Assembly: GCF_026571515.1 (NCBI RefSeq)
Contig: NW_026862082.1
Location: forward strand, 62,001-126,000
Length of the DNA: 64,000 nt
Direction of reading: 5' to 3'
DNA from: Ruditapes philippinarum
Lineage: Eukaryota
The translations under genes and the position numbers were made by a program. Under the pieces are notes generated by a model that saw only the letters and a program-made list of their open reading frames with translations, was not told where the DNA came from and ran no database searches. Positions 55,149 through 64,000 of this stretch are shown here, one piece after another (within the stretch, counting starts at the first letter, position 1; every line of letters begins with the position of its first letter).

Positions 55149-55850
55149 ATACAAAAGTTAGAAAATTGGTAAAAACGTTTCTGTATAAATCGCTGCCTTT
55201 CAGATGACTGTGAAAAATAGCAAACATAGATAGGATTGAAATCTCTGTTTATTTAAATTAGATTATTGCATTTGACTTTAATGATTTTTTCGAATGAAGG
55301 AAGAACATTTCTTATTAATAGTTTTGTATTAAAATGTGTATTGCCAATTCAGTATAAACATAATATAATAAATAGTTTAGCCTTAAAAGACGTGTATAAT
55401 ATAGATGTGGAAAACACAGCATGTGGGAGGAAACACATAATTTGTTCAGAATTTGTTCGAAAGCAAATAGGTATTGGAGAAAAAGTTCAGCTGAATATTG
55501 GATAAGATAATCTATTTATTAAACTAGTAAAATAACCACGAAAAATACTCTTCCAAAATATTTGATGAAGAGAGAAAATAAGTTGATTATTGTTCTTTGC
55601 AACCTTGCCATGTTATTAGATCGTATATCTGACAACGTAAATTTTCTTGAAGTGGTTTTATAAAAGAAATAAAGATAATGAAATACAATGAGAGCAAAGT
55701 TTGAATTATGCGAAATGCTAACTTAACATTTAATATTTTTTTAATATTTTGTATAATGTAATTTGATATCTTTATCTTGGTACTAAACTTTGAGAAAAAA
55801 TAAAGCAATCCTTAAGTATTTGTTGGTGGCACTTTTAATGCTCCTGTTGA

Positions 55851-56685
55851 TTAGGAAATAGATATCAATTCTGAGTGCATTGTTGTAGAATAATGCACGG
55901 TTTGAGTTCAAATGCGTAGTAATATAATCACGAAGGCCGATAGGCCTGAGTGATTAATTACAAAGCATTTGAACAAAAAACGTGCATTATTATACAATAA
56001 TGCAAGAAGAATTAATATCTTTTTCCATTCTAACACGTCAAGAAAAATTAGAATTATTATTATAAAGTTGGACTTTATGTTTGGTGGTTAAATTTGTTTT
56101 CGCCTGAGAGTTTCCCATAGACACGTTCTTTAAAGGCTGTTCCAGTGGGTTGAAAGAAACTGTCGTTAAATCTACCGTTTGTAGAAACATTTTGAGAATA
56201 ACGAATTTTGAAAACGTTGGAAAAACTTTGTTTGTTTATTTTATTTCACTTTATAATTTTTCAAGCGAAATTCAAATTATTAAAAGTGAAATAAATGTAA
56301 AACTTAACTCGTTTGCGACATTAAAATAGCGTACTTGATTTGAACGTTTTGTACGTGCTGTTTGGCGCTACATTTTGACGTCACGTAAACAACACTTAAA
56401 ACGTCTGTACAGCGTTAACGACTGAATTGAAGATATTGGTGTTCGGATTCATTTTCTTAGTTAGACCATTTTCTTTCATTCTAGATAGCTTTCACAACAA
56501 AATTCGACAAAAAATGTTTTAATTTATCACATTTTTTAAACAAAATGGCGCCCTCAATGTGAAAATACACAGGGAGGTAATAAGAACGGCGAGTGCATTG
56601 TTGAAGAATAATGCACGCTTCGGGCCTTCTTTGTTTATATAGAAAAAAATCTGATAGTGTTAGAATAGTTCGATCTGGCTTCCAC
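55851..56685. mobile_element. Non-autonomous element with a ~170 bp terminal hairpin
   Basis: Absent from copy 1 (~38757). Imperfect palindrome at 55854-56026 centred on AGGCCGATAGGCCT. IR ATTCTAACAC (56027) / GTGTTAGAAT (56657), and an internal direct repeat GAGTGCATTGTTG.AGAATAATGCACG (55873, 56591). Confidence 0.75.
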
Positions 56686-59600
56686 AACTTTTTTTAACCA
56701 GTTTTTGTTGCATCTGCTGCGGCACAAAGGATTTGGACCCGACCTGTTTTGAAACCTAAGCAGAATAACGCATTTTCGTTTAACATTGGTTTAACTAGCA
56801 AACCCTCTTTGAAAATTATTTTTAAGGATTATGCAATAGAATATTTATATCAACATAGAACTATAAAATTCAAAGTATGAAACTACAAGTACAATCAATT
56901 AAATAAAACAAGTAAGTCACAACAGTCAGAAACACATAGTGTTGTTTTCTTAGCCGTCTGTGCAGATTAACCAGCAATGGTCAAACGAGTTATCACGTGA
57001 AAACAAACACAATACGGCTAAGATGGCGACGAAGTGATAAAGATTGTAACTTATCGGGGATTGCTAGGGAGTTTATGTTCGAAATTAGTTGTTATTGTTG
57101 TTGTTTTTGATAATTGGCTTGTTCATAGATGATATATTTTTTACAGCACACGCTTCACCCTATGGCATACATGTACTACATTAAACGCATATCAGTATAC
57201 CACGTGGATTTCACCTACGGCGTTGTTTTCAGCGTTCCAGTCCTGACACAGTATAAAACGGGTACGCTTATACCTTAAACAAGCTTTAATTACCTGTTAA
57301 TAGTAATTTCAAAGTACTTGCTCATAGCCATTTTTAAGTATTTGTTGAAAGCAATATTTAAGCACTTGTTGATATCAATACTTAAGTACGTGTTGATAGC
57401 AGTCTATAAGTACTTGTTGAAAGAAGTTCTACGTAACTCTTGTTGTTTGGTTGATAGCAATTGTTAAGAACTTATTGATGACAATTTTAATAACTCACTG
57501 CTACTTCTTGTATTTGTTGATAGCGGTCTTAACTTATTTGTTGATTGCAATATTTAAATACGTGCTGATAACATTCATTTAGTCCTTCTTGATATAAATT
57601 GATAATAAATTTTACTAGTAATTGTTGATTTAAACATAAAAGTTCATGCAATATTACAAAGTGGTAAACAAAGAATGAATGTTTCATGTTTGTACAAGAT
57701 TCAGTAAAGTAATACTTGAAGATGATTGCTATTATAAAATAATGATCCTGACTATAATAAACAGACTTTAACATACCCCTGCTCTTTGTAATAATTTGAA
57801 CTTACCTGAAATAGAAAGAGACATTATTTAATAATATTACGAAGACATTTTGATACAACTATCTAATGAACAATTTAATGAAACCTTTATTTAATACTGA
57901 TGATTAATCAACACGAGGAAACATATTGGACACAACAAATATCTAACGAACAAACAATTAAGTAAAAATTCCATATTTTGTTTAATTTACAAACTAATTC
58001 GGTTCATTAATTGGAAAAGCATAAATTTTAATACCTCCTCGGGAGTATTTGTCTTATTCTTTAATTTTGCTATGGTATCTTTGTTTGCATTGTTTTTTTG
58101 TTTTGTTTTTTTGTTGTTGATTTTTTGTTGTTGTTTTTTGTTAGTTTTAAGATTACATTTGTTTTATTGCCATATCTAAAATATTGATTGTTTAGGTGGT
58201 TTGGGCTTTAGATTATGACAAACGCAAGTGGAAAACAAATGTTTTATACCGAGGAGTAAAGTAGGTTCTTTGTCTTTAATTGTATACAAATATTTTATCA
58301 ATAAGTGCATGCTCGGATTCTAAACCATTATTTTGAGTAATGCTTATGCCATCAATATTTATTGTTTAATTATTCAATTTATTGATGAAACTAAATGTAG
58401 GCTAAAACAAGGACTAATTTATCAAAACTGATCCATCATTTATTTTACTAGACCATATACCCATCTATTTTCTTTGTTAGAATGCCGTTAAATAACAAAG
58501 GAAGAAATAAATGATAACATGTTGAAACAATTATTTGTAAAAATTCATTCGAGCGAAAACCATTTATTTCATAATTATTAAAGCGTTAAGGTAAGAAAAT
58601 CATCAATGTTTGTATTAATTAAGAAGATATATACATGTATTTAAAAAAAAATAAGCATGTGTCATTTATTATTAAGTAATGTGTTCGATTCATTTATTTA
58701 TTTAAAAAATCACAGGCAACGCATATATCATTGATCGACTGCATAGTGTACATAATAATTCTGCAATTATATTAGTTTTCCAAATAATTATGTTACTTTT
58801 ATTCACTCGTTGGTAAAGATATAACTTTCATTCCCAAATTGGTAAATATAAATGTTACAATTTAACTGTGTTTCACTTGTGTTTTTTTAGAACGTTTCTT
58901 CATTTATATGCACTTTAGCATAACATTTTGTACTTTCATGCAGGAGCAAAATCAACTAATTTAGGTAGTTCAGCTTAATGCAAAATGTTTCGCAAATGAC
59001 TAATAAAATGTGTATGTTTCGGATAACATTTTATCGGATCACTAGCCGTTGCCTCCCACACTTAAGCTTTTGTAACTTTAAAACATAGCTTAAAAGAAAG
59101 CTCTCTACTTCCTATCAATGCACTTCAAACGATAAAGATATGCAATTCGGGTGCTAAATTTGAATAAAAATATAGCAAATACTAAATATAAATATACCAG
59201 TTTTGTTTGTTGTGTTTTCCCCAGAACTTAGAAATAATTAAACTTGAGTACCGCTCAAGCTGGTGCTAGGGGTCGTATGGGATGGTACACTTTTTTCAGT
59301 ATCATGTACAGACTCAATCAAACCGAGTCTGCATTTTTCATGAAAGGTTGTTGTGAATAATGCTTCTGAAGGGATTTTTTTTCAGTTTTTTTATATGATA
59401 TGAAAATTGGTTTATACGGTGGACAATTGCTTCGTCAGATTTTTTTATTCATTTATATATTCAAATATTTTACATATGCTTTAATTTTTTGCATTAGTTT
59501 ATAAGAGCATCGTTTTCATGCTTTTGTTTCTGTACAATTCTGTAAACTAAATCAATTTGAAGAAAGGCAAACTTCCCCGTCTTATTGGAATTTCTTAGAC

Positions 59601-62214
59601 ATATAAAGAAATACGGTGAAGATGTTTTACTGTAATAAATAACAAATTTAGAGATGCACCTCGTTTCCTGAACTAATAAACATGTCAATGTATAGTGTGC
59701 TAGATAAATTATTTTTTCAAAAACGCTCTTAAACTATTCTCATTTTGTTTGACTGAAATTCAATTACAGATGTATTTAAATAAAGAATGTACTGTATTCT
59801 GTTTCTCGGAATATCTTTCTAAATACTTCTTTTTGATACTTTAAATATATTATGTTAAACAGAAACAAATGATGATATATTTGGTAAATATGTTCAGAAA
59901 ATTCTATTTTGTTGTAATTGTTCATTTGTTATTATTACATTTATAATTACACAAGACACTTAAGCAACAATAAAGCACTTGAAATACCCCGCTTCAAACA
60001 TACTTCCTAGGCTATTTCTAATAAGCTGTGTTAAATTATATCAAATGCTATCTTGAGTTTCTTAACATTTAAGATTTAATGTATCTAAACCGATAAAACA
60101 GGGTATTCAATTAAACCACATGAGCTTATTTAATCAGCAGAATGACAGTTTGAAACTAAACATGTACTTAAAAAACATTTCAGGAGAGAGTAATCTCGTT
60201 TTGATATTGATTTGAAATGTATGTTTTTAAATAGTTTATTGGAGATGCTGATGGAATGCAGCATACTGAACGTAATGATTGTGCTATAACTAGAATAGAA
60301 AGGGACTCCACTGAGGTATTTTAACATAACATGACTATAAATGGTTGAGGTGTGTGTACCATTTGATGACGGTCTCATTCTCTTTACCAGCATAATTAGT
60401 TTAAGTCTCACAAAAAAGAGTGTGATACTTGTTAATATATAAACTTCTGCACAGTTACATGTATTGTTAAAGTAACCATGAGGTCTCTATAAATACAAGC
60501 TTAATATCTAAATATGTTGTTTTTGCTCGTTCAATGTAAAATATTACATAACCTATATACCTACCATGATCATTAGCGTTAGAATTATAAATTAAGCTCT
60601 AATTTCATTACTCTTTGTAACACTGGAGTTTTTAATCCACAGTACAATTGGATGGTACCACCAGACTTTCATTCATTATGTAAATTAGTATTATAGTTAC
60701 ACTAATTATTATTATATAATTTACAAACTAATGGACTAAATTCTCTAAATTATATAAACCCTTTTCCTCCCGATCAAAGCTCGCAAATGATAAATGTAAA
60801 ATGTAATTTAACTGACTCCCACAGTGCTTAAAGTAAACTGTATTTAACAAGTTATATCAATTGATTTTTTTAGTCTTAAACGTTCTTATATGAATCTAAA
60901 AACGGCTAGATTATTCTAAAACAGCTATTGCTCTTTCCGCACTGTACATGTATGACGCCATAATTTCCCTTGACCTTAACTGTTAGGACAATTTTATATA
61001 TGTTAAATTTAGGAAAATGTGTGTTTATTATATGTTATATTATACAATTATTGACTAGTGAGCTATTGCAAGATCAATCAAAATGATTTTTACCGGTGAT
61101 GTCACATCATATTCAATCATGGATAACCCATTAACTGTTATATTTATTTATTATTTTGTTTAAAAACAAAAGATTCCACTCTGTAACTTCAAAATATAGC
61201 AAATCTTAATTTCTAGTTCACACATATAATTCTTGATTATGTAAACGTTCGCCTAGGTACATCGATAATATAAATATCTAGAAAGAGTGATCCCTTGGAA
61301 GCATTAAGACAGCAAAATTACATGAACATTGCAGGCTCGGTTTGAGTCTGTACAAGAGGGATAATGAAAAAGGGCAACATCCCTCGTGACCTTAAACTGC
61401 TGAACGTTCACATGCATAACTTCAATATGTTGTAGTCAAAATGTTTCATAAGACAATAAATGTAAAACTTTAACGCCGCTTCTATTGACAGATTTGAGAT
61501 GTTCGATATAAAATACAACAGAATGAATTCATGTCTGTCTGGGCGGTTTACTATCTCAATTATATGTTTGACATCTCCATTTAAGAAAGTTAATAGTATG
61601 TCTGTCTGTTGCGAACTATATAATCTATGAAATAAATAATTATTGTACTTTATAATTGGTATTCTTGAAAGAGAAGTGGTTACTAGTATATGTACAAACT
61701 ACCAAATTGCCACATTTGAATACTGTTGTCCATGCATTATCTTTACCCACAAGACAGAATTAATTATCCGTATGCTTTAATATTTGAAAATTAACTTAGA
61801 ATTTCTCTACACCTTCTATTGGCCTCAAATGTGTTTAAGACGTAATCAGATTTTTTAAAAGTGATTGATTGGTAGGTATAGGTATTTCTTTCTTATTATT
61901 TGCTGCTGCAATTTGTATCAGCAGCTTCAATACTAATGTCAAATGCGACTTGAACAATCTTAAACAATAAAGGCAAATTCCTAGATACGAGATTTGACGT
62001 TAGCTAAATATTTTCTGTTTTAATTGTAAATAAATTAATTGTAATAATTTAAAATTAAAACTTTATTTTTGATACAATGTACGATGTGAGATACATTCAA
62101 ATGACATACATCGAGTAAGATTGTGTGTATGCCCTAAATGGCTTCGGAAGTGTTTGTATTGGAGAAGGGGCGCATATTGGGTTTGTTCTGTTTGGATGTC
62201 TAGCTGCTCATACT

Positions 62215-62401
62215 TCGTGAGCCGCGAGGTAGTTAAAATGAATGGTTACCGATTTCTATCCGCTTGGCGCCTGGCATAGTGGTAGGAATTGGGAGGTACA
62301 TGGTATGCAACCAAAAAAGTGTCTCGTAAGTCAAAATGGCTGGCCCTTTCAGTAGGGGTGACACTATAATAAACAAGACCTTTACCTTTACCTTTACCTT
62401 T
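62215..62401 (+). mobile_element. 5'-truncated SINE family 1 copy
   Basis: Matches 54965-55148 and has an (ACCTTT)n tail. The empty site GCTCATACTTTCAGG is at ~48700. Short TACTT direct repeat at the flanks. Confidence 0.9.
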
Positions 62402-64000
62402 TACTTTCAACCTTGGTTAACACGGGGGACAAAAAGCCTAAAACAGTATAATCTGAAATTCTACCATGGATCTCTTTAAATCGAAAGATCTGCAACAAAA
62501 ATAAAAAAAGAATGTCCTCCAGAATAACACTGCAAATCGTCAAGACAAAATGAGGAAATTATCTGAAAATTTGCACATAAGTTATTAGTCAAAAACCTTC
62601 AACAAATGGTACACAAATCTCGGGAATACAGGTCCAGTCTAGTCACGTTAAACAAAAAATATGATAAACAAATTCAACAAGAAAAGGCAGCGCTCAATGA
62701 ACGCAATTCCAACACGACCATGAAACAAAAACCATCGGTCAAGAACCCAGGAGGACCGCAAGCAAAAACAAAACCCTCAGTGTAGTTCCATTAATATGTG
62801 CATTTTGCATTTTCAATTGGAATATAAACTACCGACATAAATGCAAAATATGTGTCAATAGTTTTTGGTTAGCAAACATATAGTTTGCATTTATCTTAAG
62901 GCTTTTGTTTCCATATATATTTTTAGACTTACGAAACGCAAACACATTTTTGTCATTCATGTGCTCTGAGCTCAAGTTGGTATATTGTTTCGTTAAATTC
63001 TGATGTTTAAAGCATATTTAAGAACATACAAATTTCCGCATCTTATTTGAATTCTCAGACATATAAACAAAGCACTGACAATGTTTTTTTCGTGATAAAT
63101 AACAAATACAAAGATGCACATCATTTCATAAACAAATAAACATGTCAATGCATAGTGTGCTAGATAAAATAGTCTGTTTTGAAAAGTGCCCATCGCTGTT
63201 TAAATCGAGCTTGTTTGAATAATTTTCAATAACAAGTTGTCAGTTCTGGCAGTTATTTGGAGGTAAGCATGCAAGTTACAAGACATACTGAACATAAAAT
63301 GCCTAAAACTGTGAACAGCATATTCCCTAAAGAACGCATAAAAATACGATATAGAAAATGTTGATTGAGCCTGCTCATGGACCGTACTGGAAAACGCAAG
63401 TTACCTTCACGCCACCATGCCCCCCCCCCCCCCAAAAAAAAAAAACAACAACGGTTTAAGCAGAATTAAGCGTTTAAACATGAAAATGATGAAAATTTAA
63501 AGTTTAGAAAACACTCGCAGACGTGGTTACCATGAAACCTTCTATACAAGTATGTTTTATAAGAAGTGCATGTATTAAGGAGTAAATAAATGTACATTGT
63601 AAGTATTAAAGCAAACAAACAAAACTAACCATAAAAGGAACACTCCTATAGATATGATTATCCAATTCTGCTTAACTTTGATAAAATAGTAACATTATCT
63701 TTTCTAGAAAACAAATATGTCTACAGAAAGTCATATATATATATTTATTTATTTCTCATTTTGCATTTGGCAACCGTTTTAATATGATAAAAGTTAGTTG
63801 AGTTTCTATAATACAGATTGTTTGATAAAGAAGTTCTTTATCAAATAATTACAAGATTACCAGTTCAATCCAAATGATATAAGACAATAATAATAAGAAA
63901 AAAAGAACAAGATTTCTTTACAAAGATCTTTTTTATATGTATAAATTAGATTAACAATTTATAAGTTATGGTATAAAAAGTCAATTTAATGAACTTATTA

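Larger units (their letters stand above)
34179..62620 (+). repeat. Head-to-tail segmental duplication: copy 1 ~34179-48910, copy 2 ~48911-62620
   Basis: TCGTCTGCCTGATGTTAAA occurs at 34211 and 48935, and both copies end GCACATAAGTTATTAGTC...AACAAAT.GTACACAAAT (~48910 and ~62618). They are colinear with many indels. The ORF track also shows paralogous spurious ORFs (37585 vs 54559, 43986 vs 59494, 44738 vs 60130). Confidence 0.95.

Noticed and set aside
3943-63435. The many 60-113 aa ORFs in the ORF track
   Set aside because: They have low-complexity F/I/L/K/Y composition, often non-ATG starts and no recognisable domains, and they are frameshifted between duplicates. Only 40210-40401 is meaningful, as part of a dead LINE.

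Overview
AT-rich eukaryotic (metazoan) DNA. The repeat types (tRNA-derived SINEs, a GGTCAAGGTCA-containing Helentron-type element, an RTEX-like LINE fragment) suggest a bivalve mollusc, but this is an inference. The only convincing coding sequence is the first coding exon of a neuroligin-like / carboxylesterase type B gene (minus strand, 1719->1278). The other ~62 kb lie 5' of that exon and look non-coding. They are built from nested local duplications: a 1.25 kb tandem pair, a ~6 kb tandem pair, and a ~14 kb head-to-tail pair at 34.2-48.9 / 48.9-62.6 kb with an older partial third copy at 28-31 kb. Scattered through them are SINEs, MITEs, a LINE fragment and one 132-N gap. Three short non-coding modules recur many times. 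Module A (~12 copies) and module B (8 copies) are always on the same strand. Module C (~12 copies, both strands) carries two stem-loops with compensatory base changes, and two long copies of it are present in one arm of the 14 kb duplication but absent from the other. These modules are the best candidates for something undescribed: a structured mobile RNA/DNA element, or a small-RNA or enhancer array. Their function cannot be established from sequence alone. All alignments were done by eye, so boundaries are approximate.
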